Part shown: piece after piece, positions 32,582 to 52,977 of the stretch
Layout: every line of letters starts with the position of its first letter
Position numbering within the stretch: the first letter of the stretch is position 1
Assembly: GCF_009914755.1 (NCBI RefSeq)
Contig: NC_060925.1
Reading direction: 5' to 3' (one strand)
From: the human T2T-CHM13v2.0 reference genome, Homo sapiens
Length of the DNA: 64,000 nt
Position numbers and translations under genes: made by a program
The notes under the pieces: generated by a model
The model's input: only the letters and a program-made list of their open reading frames with translations
Told to the model about the DNA's origin: nothing
The model's database searches: none

Positions 32582-34709
32582 AATCCTTCTTTTTCTTAAT
32601 CCTGAATTTGAGATTCTGGCCCAGGCACTTGTGAAATCACGTCCTTTGTCTTGTTTTCCAGAGGACAGGCTCTGATGAGTGGCCAGGACAGGCAGTGGCA
32701 GGAGGGCAAAGCTCGAAATGCTGACCTGCCACCCACACCCACAACTGCCTGGGGAGTTAGGGGCTGACATGGCCAGGGAGGGGCTGTGGGCCAGGAGGTG
32801 ACCTGTAGGGCCCCACCTTGACTCCCTGACCCTGTCCTGCTGCTCTCACCCCCTTTGTAAAAGGCCAGATCTTCACTTTGCCCCGAAAAGTACCAGTCTG
32901 GCTGCCCATGGTCTTTCTGACATGTTGTCTGTGCTACTGCAGGTATTCTCTCTGGGAGGGGGTGGATCGGAATAGGAGAGACAGGAAAGGCCACCCGAGG
33001 GTGGGCCAGTGTGGGGAGTGTGAAGTGAGGCTCCTGGCATGTGAAATGGAGTCAGCAGAGTGAGCCGGCCTCCACTCAGTGAGCCGGGTCTCCCCCACAG
33101 CCGGCATGTGCTGACCTCCTTCCAACTGCTCTACCAAGAGAGGGAGGACGCACCCAGCTGTCGGGAGGGCCAGAGATGGAGGGCCCAACTACAAGGATGC
33201 AATGCACAAGACACACCTTCCACTTGGCACTAGAGAACCAAGGTGCTGCTAAGGGAATGAGCCTTGTCACCTCCCACTGCCAGCTCGCCTTCATGGGGTT
33301 CTGGCTTTACCAGCACAACCTCCATTGCTCAGAAGGGAAATAAGCATCTAGAAAGGGACACGAGTTGTCCAGCTTCCTAGGATGGGGCACCCTCGCTTGG
33401 GAAGCCCTATGAATCCTTCCCGTCTTCTCAGGAACATTCTGTTTTCGCCTGAGCCCTAGGACCACGCAATATCACTGCAGGCAGAATTTTCCTAGCAACC
33501 ACAGAATCCAAGATTACATCATCCCCTGCACGGCAGCTGAGTTGGTTACCTAACAGATGCCGACTTTTCCTGAGTGCTGCTTGCCCAGCTTGCTAATCAG
33601 AAGGGGGCTGGCAAGAGTCTGTGAAAGGGGAGTTGTCAGCAGAAGATGCCTTAGTGGCAGTGATGGTGGCAGCCCGCTCACTCCTCTCCCTGCCTGCCCT
33701 GTGGCCTTTCGCTCAGGGACCTTGGGCCTCTGTAGTGAGCTGCAGGCACAAAAATAGCCCTGGATGCCCCAGGAGGGAATGGTGCATCTACAGAGGGAAT
33801 GGGCCATTGGCTTCTCAGAGGAGCCCAGACCTGGGGACCAGGACTCCCGACTCCACAGCCTGCCCAGTGTGTGTGCCTGTCCTGCGCTCTGAGGGTGGGA
33901 AGGAAGTAATCTTCTCCAGGTCACACAGGGACTCTGATGGCTATTTAACAAGACACTTGAAGCAAAGGATTTGCAAGAGTCCTACCCTTCCCACACTGCC
34001 AGCTGCCACCCCCTTCCCTGGTGGCATTTATAGAGCCTCCCACTGTGCTGCTGGAGCCCTGCAGAGAGGAAAAGGCCTGAGGAGCTGCGGCCTGTCTGTG
34101 CTCTCTTCTGTTCCTTAAGGATATTATCCAGGCTTTACCACAAGGATCTGCTTTCCTTTGGGATGAAAGAGAAGGCAGGCTCTCAGTTCTTCCAGAGCAT
34201 TCTCTGACCTACCCTTGTCACTGGTTGGCCAGGTATTTGTCATTCAATGAGGTCTCACCATGAACCTGACAGGCCTCTGGCCGAGGACACTGGTTCCCCT
34301 TTTCCTCTTCTCTATGAAATTTGGGCCAGTTACCGAATAGGGAGGGTGAGCTGTTAGATTATGATCATGACTCGATCCCTCAGAGCTGCAGTTTTAGAGC
34401 CAGGAGGGACCTCAGAGGTTGAGTCCTACAGTCTTTCCTTTGAAGACCAGCATATGGCAGCTCCCTCAGGTAGTCTCGCTGTCCTGGATGCACAGCAAAG
34501 AGGGCAGCAGGCCAGCCCACTGCCTCCAGGCTGCCAGCTGGGTTTCCTACCCTGTTTTACAGATGAAGCTCTGTCTCCCCCCTTGGTATCTCTGTTGACA
34601 CTGTCTGAACTTGAGCTCAGAGCTTCTATTTGTCCCTTCCCACCAGATGCAAGTGAGCATAGGAGGGGAGAGGTTGATCTGTGTCTCCTGTTCCACACTC
34701 AAAAACATT

Positions 34710-38860
<4,151 letters not shown>

Positions 38861-38879
38861 CAGGTGGTGCAGCTGCCAA

Positions 38880-39700
38880 GCCTGCTCCACAGTCTTTCCC
38901 ATCTCAGCTGATGGCACCTCCATCCTCCTGTTGCTCAGGTCAGAAGTCCTGGGGTCTTCCCAACCCCTCTGTCATACATAAACTCCACACACAATGCATC
39001 AGCAAATCCCATTGACTCTACTTCGCTACTTATAAGGCAGATGCTAAGTACATCACCACTTCTGCCACCACCACCCTGGTCGGGGGTGGGTGGACTCCTG
39101 AATCCCCGCTTGCCTTGACCTCCTCTCGCTGGCCCCTGATGGTCCATTCTCCACATAACTGCCAGGGGGAAGTTGTTAGAAACCTAAGTCAGCTCCTACC
39201 ATGCCTTTGCTCAAAACCCTCCAGAAGCTTCTACTGCAAGACTGCTCATCATACTCAAGGCCAACGCCCACCTCCTCACTGTGGCCTGCAGGACCCACAC
39301 ACGCTGGTCTCTGACTGCCACTTCGCCTCCCTTTACAACACACCTCTCACCACTCACTGCGCCAGCTACATGGGCCCCTGGCCGTCCTTCAAGCACAAGT
39401 CCTTACACCCCAGGGCCTTTGCACCTGCCGCTTCTGTTGCCTTGATGTTCTTCTCCAAGTTTATCCCATGGTTCTTGCACTTCATAGAGGCCCTCCCTGA
39501 ACACAACTTCTAAAATGGCCCTTGTGTCTCAATACTTCAGGTGAATGAGGTCTTCAGCACCCTCAGTGCTACCCACAGAGCTCTATATTGAGCTGACCTT
39601 CCTTTCTCCACTGGAACGTACATCTCATGTCATCAGGGACTTTGTTTTGTTCACTGACATAGTCACAGTATCTGGGCAAGTACCTGGGACACAGGATGAA
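38880..39700 (+). mobile_element. LINE-2 fragment
   Basis: L2-like motifs (cagggcctttgcacctgc; ttgttcactg...). Confidence 0.6.
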
Positions 39701-41221
39701 TCTTTACTTTACAGATGAGGAAACTGAAACTCAGACAGACAAAGCAACTCAGTGAATCAGAGGCAGAGAGAAGACCCAGATCCAGACTCCAAAGCCCATG
39801 CCTTCACCCTAGAAGGAGAAAGGAAACCACAGACCTCTCCAGTCACCCACAGCACTAAGGCTCAACTGGCCTCCTAGCATCTTAGTTCCATCTTAGTTCC
39901 ATCAGAATGGAACTAAGAACCAGGGCTTAAAAACACCACCAAAGCAGCCCAGGGACACCTTGGAGATAATTCAACATGGAACCCAGAGTGCCAACCTGGG
40001 AACAGCCCTGGCCCTGGCCCCCTGCCCCCAACTGGTCCCCACTCCTATCTCCCCTGAGCCCTGCTCCCTATCTCTGCCTACTGCCCTACCAGACACCTCA
40101 CTAGTCCCCTGGCTCACCTGCCCTGGAAACCAGGGCCAGGACACTGGCAAAGGCGCAGCTTTCTAAACCAGGACAGGGTATCCAGCAGGCCCTCCCATCC
40201 TATGCCCAATGCCAGCTTTGCCCCTTTAGTGGAGTCCAGTCAATTGACTGGGGAGAAAAAATGACAAATATGCAGGAGCTTAGAAAAGGGAAGCTGGCCC
40301 CTAGCCGGGGGCGGGAGAGAGACAATGGGAGCTCAGGATGAACTCCCACCAGCATGCTGGAACCAGCTCTGCTCCCGCCAACACTCACCCTAGGCCTGGC
40401 CTGGCTTACTCAGGCTTTTGGAGAAAGCCTCCTGGGGGCCTCTGACAACTCCCAAAGTCTGCTGAGAATCCCTCTTGCTATTTGAGACTCTTAAGCTGAA
40501 GTCTTTCAAAGGTCCTTTCCTGAATATACTGGGCAGCTCGATGCATTTCCTGAACTGCCAGGGCAGGCTGCTATTGGCCCTGCAGGATTATAGCTGGGTC
40601 AGCAATAGTGGATGAAAGAGAGGAGCATGGAGATTCTAAAGCCCCAAGGCCAATCCACAGAGCAAGGGCATTTCACAGACCTGGCTGGGGAAATCCTGGC
40701 GGAGCCTAGTGCTGCACTAGCTCCTAATTTGCAAACTTGGAAACAGGCTGGTCCCAGGCCACATGGGTGAAATGTAGCAGACAAAGGCCTGTGACCCTGA
40801 TCTGTAGACCCTGTTCCCACCTCCAGGGTGCCTCCCTGGACTATCCAACATGGTGGGGTCTGCTTTCACAGCAAAGAGGAGGGCTTGGTCCTGGCTTCAT
40901 TTCACCAAAGCATCTGGGTGTGGGAGGGACAAGCTGACCTCTTACCCCAGGGAACTTCTCCAGATCCAGGATCCTGCAAAGTCCAACTCAGCACAGGTGC
41001 TCAGAGGTGGCCAGGGAGAAAGAAAACAGACCTGAGCACAAGTCCTTCCTCCAAAATTGATGAGGGTACAAAAAAGCCTGGCTAAACTCCCAAAGGCCGC
41101 AGGCCCTGCAGGCTCCACAGACCAGGCAGGGCACAGCCCTGTACAATGTCACTGGAGAAAAAGGGGAACTTCAGTCACAGATGGACACTCCCGCATCACC
41201 CAATTCAGAACCAGGATTCTA

Positions 41222-41856
<635 letters not shown>

Positions 41857-43139
41857 TCACCATCAGCAGAGGGAGCTAACTTTGGCTAAGTGCTTCACAA
41901 CTGTCCAGGGAATGCCACCTGGCAAGCCCAGGGCCCATCCTTGACACACATGGCAGACCAGGCTGGAGAGGGAATGCGACCACATGCTCCCAAGTGTCCA
42001 GGACAACGCCCACTCTGTGTCTCATCCTCTTCTCTGACCATATGGTTTTTGGTTGTGGTACCTTTTCCTCCTCCCACGAGCTCATTAATCTTGCTATTAA
42101 TACCAACTAGCATCTGCTACCTGGCTATCCAAAACTGCAGTGGCTGAACTACCAGCTCTAGGGAAAGGCTACCTGGAAAAGCAGGACCCAGACGCTCCTC
42201 CAAAGGGAAGCATTTCTGAAGGGGACAAAACTCAGGTACCACCCTGGACTGGGCCTCCTCCCACACAAACCAAGACCTGCTGGTGGCATGTGCTATTTTC
42301 AGCAGCTCGGGACTATGAGCTGGGTGTTCTATACATCTCAGCTCTGATGCTCCAGAGTCCCCAGGGGATGGCTTTTACCCAGAGACAGCATACACTTGGG
42401 TTGCTATGGGGATGGCGGCCGGCGACCAGTGATCCACCAGGGTCTTAGCAGCCAAAGCAGCACCAGGCTCAGGGGCGCCTCCTGGGCTCCAGGCTGACAA
42501 CCACCACAGGCACAAGAGGCTGCTGGGCGGTGGCACTGCAGCAGCCAGTGCTGTGTGGACGTGCATCGAGCTGCCAAGCTGCTGAGCCAGCTCCCAGTAG
42601 AGACATCAGGCCTCCTGGAACAGCCAAAAAGAGCTCAGGAGGCAGCTAAAGGCCCTCCTAGGCTTGGGGTCCCTTGTGGTACCCCAGTACCAAGACCCTG
42701 GAGCTGATACCCAGCCTGGGTCTGACTCTGACTAGCTGTGTATCCCAGGGGGAAGTCCCTGCACATCTAGCCTCAGTTTACTCATCTGTACAACGTGATG
42801 AATCTATCCCCAATCTAACTAGCCACAGGATAACATCCACAGCATAAAGCATCATAAACGACATCCCACAGGGTCGCACCTTGGGGCTCCGTTATCCCTG
42901 CTCTGTTCTAATCCCAGATGTGCTCCCCCAAATCCATCTTGCCCTGTTCCCACCCTCCCATCCCTGCTGAGCGTGACACACACATGACCTTTGTGATATG
43001 TCTTCCCAGGTAAGGTGTTCATTCCCTGTATTCAAATTCCTTGGTTCCCCAAAATATAAGCTCTCATAGACCAGGGAGCTTTGATTGCCAAGAAGGGACG
43101 GAGAAGACCAGGTCTTCACCTAAAACCCTGACATATTCT

Positions 43140-43500
43140 CTCTCTTTTTTTCTTTTTCTTTTATATACACACCTTCAATAGAGATGGGGTCTCACTATGT
43201 TGCCCAGGCTGCTCTCAAACTCCTGGACTCAAGTGATCTCCTGCCTCAGCCTCCCAAAGTGTTGGGATTACAGGCATGCACCACTGTGCCTGCCCCATCC
43301 TGGCATATTCTCAAATTTTAGTGGGCATCAGAATTGAATCACCTTGGGAGCTTGCTTAAAATGCAAATTCCCAGGCTCATCTGGCAGGCATTCTGGGGCT
43401 ATGGCAGGGCCCAGGAGTCTGCATTTTAACAAGCACCCTCAGTGATTGAGGTGTGCAAATGTGTAGAGCATGCTCAGAGAGCTCAGTGCTACAGACTGTC
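43140..43500. mobile_element. FLAM/Alu monomer (-) 43140-43293 and MER5-type DNA transposon remnant ~43310-43500
   Basis: catcagaat..caccttgggagcttgcttaaaatgcaaattcc and ctgcattttaacaagc motifs. Confidence 0.72.
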
Positions 43501-43962
43501 CCCTGACCTCCACCCGACCCCAAGCTGTCATGCCTTCTTGCCCAGCATTCTGGAGGAGAATCCTGTAGCATCCTTCCCACCGGTTTCTCTACACGCACAT
43601 CCGCATGCATTCTCCAAGGCCCCGTGCAAACAGCACCTCTTCTCTGTGGCTTCCTAGGTGGTCTCCCCTCCCTCAGCCCAAAGCTCTTTACGCATTAGTT
43701 CACACGCCAGTCTGCTCTGCTGGTCCAGGAGCTCACGGGCAGTGCTGAGGGGTGGCACCGTGCCTAGCACACAGCAACTGTGGGCTGATGTGAGTGGAAC
43801 CGTCCAGCCATTGGATGGAGCAGCCCTCAATGCCCCTCTCTGACAGGGCCTGCCTCTTACCAGGGCTTGAGGGGGGAAGTGTAGAGTCCCACAAGGACTT
43901 CTCTGAGGCCATTCGGGCATCTGTTCTCAGTTCTAAACAACAGAACCCATGACGCGGGGTGA

Positions 43963-44069
43963 TGGGGTCAAAGCGACCCTCCCTGGAGCCGCAGCCAGGT
44001 GCTGAGTAAGCAGCTGGGGTCAAAGCGACCCTCCCTGGAGCCGCAGCCAGGTGCTGAGTAAGCAGCTGG
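43963..44069. repeat. Perfect 52-bp tandem duplication
   Basis: 43963-44014 is identical to 44015-44066. Confidence 0.95.
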
Positions 44070-45249
44070 CCCTGCACTTCAGCACATTCCTCGCTTTTCT
44101 TGGGATTGTTTTTCCCCCTTTTTCAGTGACACAACTTATACACCAAATCCTCCTGGCTGATTTCTGTTCAATTCAATATATAGGTGATTTTTGGTTTAAT
44201 TTTGTTATTAGGTTACAGGTAATTCTCATATAAGTGTTGATTAAAGTTAACAAAGATTAGCTTCCCATCTCATAGACTAGAATTCTCCCTGGGCCTGACT
44301 ATAATTTCAGTGCAGAGTCTGTTACCGCCTGGAGCCTCTGAGAGAAGCCTCCAAGCCACATGCGGGGAGAGAGGGGACCCAGAAACCCCAGCAGATCATC
44401 CGTGTGGCACCGGGCCAGTGCAAAGGAGGGGCCCAGCCGGCTGCCCCCAAGGAGGAGCTGCTCCAGCAGCCTGGCCCTGGAAGGCGCAGTCCAGGCATCC
44501 ATCCAGCAGACACCTACACTGCACCAGAGGCGGGATGGGGGACTCATGTGTGATGGTGAACACGGCACAGACCCTGGTCCCGAGGGGCTGCCAACGTAAG
44601 GTGGTAAGACTGGCATGGAGCTCCAGGGCACATGCTGACTTGGAAGGGGTCAGCGAGGGCTTCATGAAGGAAGTGAAAGAACAGAGGCTGGAAGGCTGTT
44701 ATGGGGGATTCCAGGAAGAACTTTCCACACTGAGCTGTAACATGGAGATCATGCCACCACCCCTAATAGGGCAGGGCCGCTGAGGGGGTCAAGGGGGTTG
44801 GTGAGCAGAGAGCTGCCTCCCTCATGCCATGCTACGAAAGGAGAGGCCGTTTCCTTACAGCCTGGTTTCTGCTGATCTACCCATGACCACAGATATTTTA
44901 ACAAGGTTCCCAGTGTAACCCTCAAGCCAACTGACCTAGTTTAGGCTCTCTGGCAGCAGATCCTGAACCAGCAGCCTCAGCTTCCAAAGGGGAAAGCCTG
45001 GCTGGCCGCAGCTGGGGGAACCTTCCCTGGAAAGTGTCTTGGAGAAAGAGTGTGATCAGGTGGAGGCAGGAACAGGCCTGGGAGCCCCGGTGCCAGCACA
45101 CAGCTCCCAGAGACAAGAAGGGTGGCAGCAGACCAGGGCATGGCCCCAGGAGGCCCCCAGGCAGAGAAAAAACAAGGAGCTTCCTTGACAAAATGAGCCA
45201 AGTCTAGGTCTAGGCGGGGTCCCTCTCAGCAACACCTTGACAAGGGCCT

Positions 45250-45540
<291 letters not shown>

Positions 45541-45843
45541 GGACAAGGGCCTATTCTGAGGCACTGTGGGAGGATGACAGTTCTGCGGGTGACTGGCCAT
45601 GGGTGGCCTTTGCAAAGCACCATCAGAGGCCTGGAACTGTACTTGCTGGGCACCACCCCAGTGCAGTGCTGAGGCAAGAAGAGACCCGGAGCTCTCAGAG
45701 AACCAGCACATTGGAAGGCACCTATAGGTGGAGGGCCCAGGGTAAAAATGCAGCAGAAAGTGTTCCCCATTTGTTCTGCCCCTTTCTGAAATACCTAACA
45801 GCCCAAGTCATACCTGTTCCTCAAGTAAACACTGTCCTGCTTA

Positions 45844-47823
<1,980 letters not shown>

Positions 47824-48563
47824 TCAGTAACCCATTAGGTTCCTGAGGAAGAGAGGAGTCGAGGCTGAGTCCTCGGGCGCCGTGTACTTGCTGGGCATTG
47901 GTCAGGGCAGAGCACAGGTGGAAAATCCATGTCAGCTGGGCATGGGTGGCTGTGGTGATGCTGGCCAACAGTCAGCTGGCTATGTTCTCTGTTGAGATCA
48001 CAGCACTGCGTGTGGAACAGGGAGAAGAGAGGGGGCAACCCTGGAGGATGACAGCCCTGATTGAGGGAAGGGAGTGGGAAACAGCCAGTGAGGGGTGACG
48101 TGAAGGACGAGGGAGGGAAAGGAGGCTGTCATTGGTGGTCTCAGCCCAGCAGAGGCCAGGCAGGCTGGGAACTGGGGGGCCACTGGGGCCTCTGCTGGAA
48201 CCACCTGGTGAGCCCGTAAGGGGAGGCCCCCACCCCAGGGTCTCCAGCACCTGCCTGGCTCCCCATAGATACTCAACAAATGTGACCGAGGAAGGAATCG
48301 AAGGGTAGGGGGTAAAGGGGTGCCCACGGCCCCCTCCCTGGGCCTCAAGTAAGGGAGCAGTGCCCCAGGTACCAGACCCATCCAGCCCTGGAGGGGAAGC
48401 ATGTGCAGGGCTAAAGGTGGCGGCCAGACCCTCAGGACCAAGGTCGGGTGCTGTCCGTTGGAGGGTCTGCCTCAGACCCCCTGCTAGAGGAGTCCCGGGG
48501 TAGATGGAGCCTCCTCTGGCTCAGGGAACACCTAAAGCAGCCTGGAGCATTTGCTGAGAGACA

Positions 48564-48577
48564 GCGCCACCTAGTGG
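48564..48577 (-). promoter_or_regulatory. CTCF motif CCACTAGGTGGCGC
   Basis: Full match to CCASYAGRKGGCRS. Confidence 0.7.
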
Positions 48578-49537
48578 GCAGGAGGTGCACGCCAGGCCAT
48601 TACCCACAGGCTCCAGGCCTTTGGGGTTCATTATGGCAGTCTCTGCACCCTGCTCTGGCCCCCGCATCCTGCCCCAGTCCCTGGAGACAACAATCCAGGG
48701 CTTCTTCCACCTAAGCAGTGTCTGAGCCTCTGACAGCAGGATCCTGCAGCATCAGCTGAGATTGGCTCTGCGATGGAGAAGGTGGGCAGGTGAGATTTTA
48801 ACAGAGATCCATTTGCCCACATGGCACAGGCAGATGCAGGGTCCTGCCCTCACATGGGTAAGCCCAGTATGGGACTGGGCTGATTGCAGTTCTGCTGTTA
48901 TTGTTGTTGTGTTTGTTTGTGGTGTCGTTAGGCTCGCAAAGAAAATAAATATGCTTATGAAACTCTTCCAGACATGGCTGACCCCTCCCCTCTCCACTCC
49001 CAGTCCACAGAATTCTCAGAACCTCCTGCAGCTCAGGTCTGTGTGGCTCAGGCCCCGGCAGCCAGGTTAGAGGTATCTTTATGGAGGTAGGGGCAGTCCA
49101 CAGGGCGCCCCAGCAGCAGGGAGTGACTCCCACCACCTATTCCGCAACGATTCCCTGGGGTCTTCCCTGGCTCCAGCTTCAGCTCCAGAAGACCCCTCCC
49201 CGGAGAAAGAAGTAGCTGTGGACAGACACCACCCACCCAGAAGGGCCTGGACTCCACGGCCCACACAGTTGGTCACAGCTGCCAGCTTGCTCCTACTGCT
49301 CAGCAGTTTCAGGGCAAGGTCAACAGCTAAGTGGGGTCACTGACCTTCCTCAACAACTTGGCAGAGCTCATTTTTATTCTTAACTGTGGGTTCGGCTAGG
49401 CAAGAGTTCTCCTAAAAATATTTTTTTTAACTTTCCCTTATGACAAAGAAACAAATGTACAATGTTAAAATATTAGTTTTACAAAAATGTGTGACTTGGA
49501 AAGTTAAAGTTTCTTATATAGTCCTATCCCCTAACAA

Positions 49538-50537
<1,000 letters not shown>

Positions 50538-52099
50538 TGTTGCTGCTTTTTATACTGACATATGGTCCTACATTTTGATGTCTCCTATTTTGATTTTTTC
50601 CCAAGAGTATTCAACTGGAGGCTTTCTTACCATCCGAGCTCAAATTCAGGTTAACTCAGTGACCAAGACTAAGTGGGAAGGAAGGTGAGTCTCCAGGGAC
50701 TCAGAAGCCTGAAGGTTTCAGGTTGACATGAGTCAGAAGCCATGGTAGAGGGTGCCATGCTAGAAACCCAGATTAGCCCTGGAAGAGAAGAGACCTCACC
50801 CAAGAGATCCCAGGATGGGGCAGGAGCCGACGCCACATAGAACAGGCTGCCGCATGATCCAGGAGGCACACCTGGGCAGACACACCCAGGCAGGTTGTGC
50901 GTGGTGAGCTGCTGTCCCAGGGAGCTGCCTGAGCCACTGCCTGGAAGGTTTCTGCTGAGTTGGGTGCACAAGCCAGGTCACACCCAGCATCGGTGCTTGG
51001 GAACAGGCCCCTGTGCCAGGACAGAGCCCTAAGACATCCAGGAGAACAAGGGCTGGCTGGTGATCTAGGTCAGGCCCCGCATGCCAGCCTCAAAGCACAG
51101 CAAACGCAGCCATCAGCACTCTGCTTTCGGGGGCCCGCTCGCGTCTGGACATGCCACAGGTTGTAATATTTCATGGCCAATCATTCCAACAAAGCATAAA
51201 GAGAATAAAAGGAAAGGACTCTATGGAGATGCTGGTCAGAATACTAGGCCTCTGTGTCATGAGAAGCCTTCTAGAGAAGGAGAACCTTGCTGAGCAGCCA
51301 AGGGACATGGAGCTGTCCAGTAGCCATGTGGGTTATGGGCAAGATGGCAGACAGTGAAGCGCTCCTCAGCCACAGGTGTACATCCCGGGACTCCCCAGTA
51401 ACCACCTGGCTGCATGACCAAGTGGCTTACTGTTCCCAAATCCCAGTTTCCTTGCCTGTTAAGTGGAAGTATTAATAATACAAATAGTAGCTACCTACAA
51501 TAGAATGAAACAACGGTGCCTGCTACACAACAAACACTCACATCCTGCCTGTTACCATGCTGACTTGTTGAGGTCACCCCAAAAAGACAGAACTCCCTCA
51601 GGCGCACGGAGACATCAGGCCTTTGGGGCATTCCTCCTGGCCACAGCCAGGACCACACCAGCCACAATGTGGTCTGTGCTCAGGACAACAGTGACAGCAT
51701 TGTTCTAGCACACAAGGGCAGTTTCTCTCTCCTGGACAGGGTGCTGGGTGGGTAGGGGTCAGGCCAAAGGTTAAAGAAATGCAATAATCAGTCTCTGCAG
51801 TTATGAGCGCCCCCAGACATCTCCATTTCCTGCCTCTTCCAGGCCTTAGAAAGGGATCCTGCCATTTGTCTTGTAGAGTCTTTGGCTCCCACCTGAGGAA
51901 GGAGATGGGATCAGGTGGGAGGCTCCGAAGGTTTCCTGGCTCAGCTCTGTGGGTGGAGAGAGCTGTAGCCCCTCCTAGTCAGCCCTGGGTCTCATGGATC
52001 ACCCATCAAAGAGGGCTGGAGCTACGCTTTCTAAGGGAACCACAAGTCGGTGCCCCTGGGACTTGTGCCACTGCCCCAGCCCCTCTGCCGCCAACTCAC

Positions 52100-52190
52100 C
52101 CTGGTCGATGGAGTGCGGAGGCAGCTGGCTGAGCTGGCTGTTGACCACCCCTGCATAGGTGCGCAGGAACTCCTCCTCGCTGGCTGTCAG
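52100..52190 (-). CDS. CTNNBIP1: ICAT second coding exon LTASEEEFLRTYAGVVNSQLSQLPPHSIDQ(G)
   Basis: Acceptor caccctgcag|CTG, donor AGG|gtgagt; 91 nt; in frame with the previous exon. Confidence 0.97.
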
Positions 52191-52881
52191 CTGCAGGGTG
52201 AGAGAGCTGTGGTGAGGGGCAGCATGCACCTGTTCCCTGAAAGGCACCTGCACCCCTAGAGGCACCGCCTAGGCCTGCTTGGTCCCTGCTTGGTCCCTGC
52301 TCGGGCTTCTGTTTCTGAGATTTGACCCCTTTGCTTTCAGGGCCAGCCCACCCCACTCCCACCCTCCTTAAACTTGGTCCAGGGGTCCAAAGCCTTTGCC
52401 ACTCAGACTGAATCTGAGATTAAGGTCTGTTCTAGTATAGGGCCAGTGGAAGACACAAGTCCTGCCCGGAAGGCTGAGGGGCGATTCCATGTCCCTCCAC
52501 TCTTTTTGAGAAATACCCCTGCACATGCATGCCTGCTGCCCCCTCAGCTCCTGTCCTGACAAGTTGTCCCTGAGCTGCCCCCTGGGAGAGAAGACTTTCG
52601 GGCTTGTGAGGGGGAGAAAAGGAAGGTCAGGGCCTTGAGACCCTCACCCGCCTGGCCCCAATCCGGCAGTGTCGGGTGTCCCCAGAACTTGACGTGCTGG
52701 GCTCTGTGCCTAGGGGGCCAGAAGCAGCCCTAGAGCCAAGCCACAGGCCCAGCGGCCCCTCCTCAGCCCGTGGCTCCGCAGGAGGCAGCCGCAGTGGCTC
52801 CACCCTCCAATAGCCCAGCAGGGCCCCTCCCTGGGAGACCCTCCCTGGGGGCCCGCTGCCTGACACCCCACAGGCACTCAC

Positions 52882-52977
52882 GTTTGATCCCATCTTCCGC
52901 AGCATGAGCAGCACTCGGACCTTCTGCTGAATGTACATCTCCTCCGGACTCTTCCCGGGAGCTCCCTCGCGGTTCAT
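52882..52977 (-). CDS. CTNNBIP1: Beta-catenin-interacting protein 1 (ICAT), first coding exon MNREGAPGKSPEEMYIQQKVRVLLMLRKMGSN; exon starts at 53001 with 24 nt of UTR
   Basis: Translation matches ICAT; acceptor ttgctctgcag|G at 53002/53001; donor AAC|gtgagt at 52882/52881. Confidence 0.97.

Noticed and set aside
52274-52300. 11-bp tandem repeat cctgcttggtc in a short CTNNBIP1 intron
   Set aside because: Ordinary slippage duplication with no evident motif
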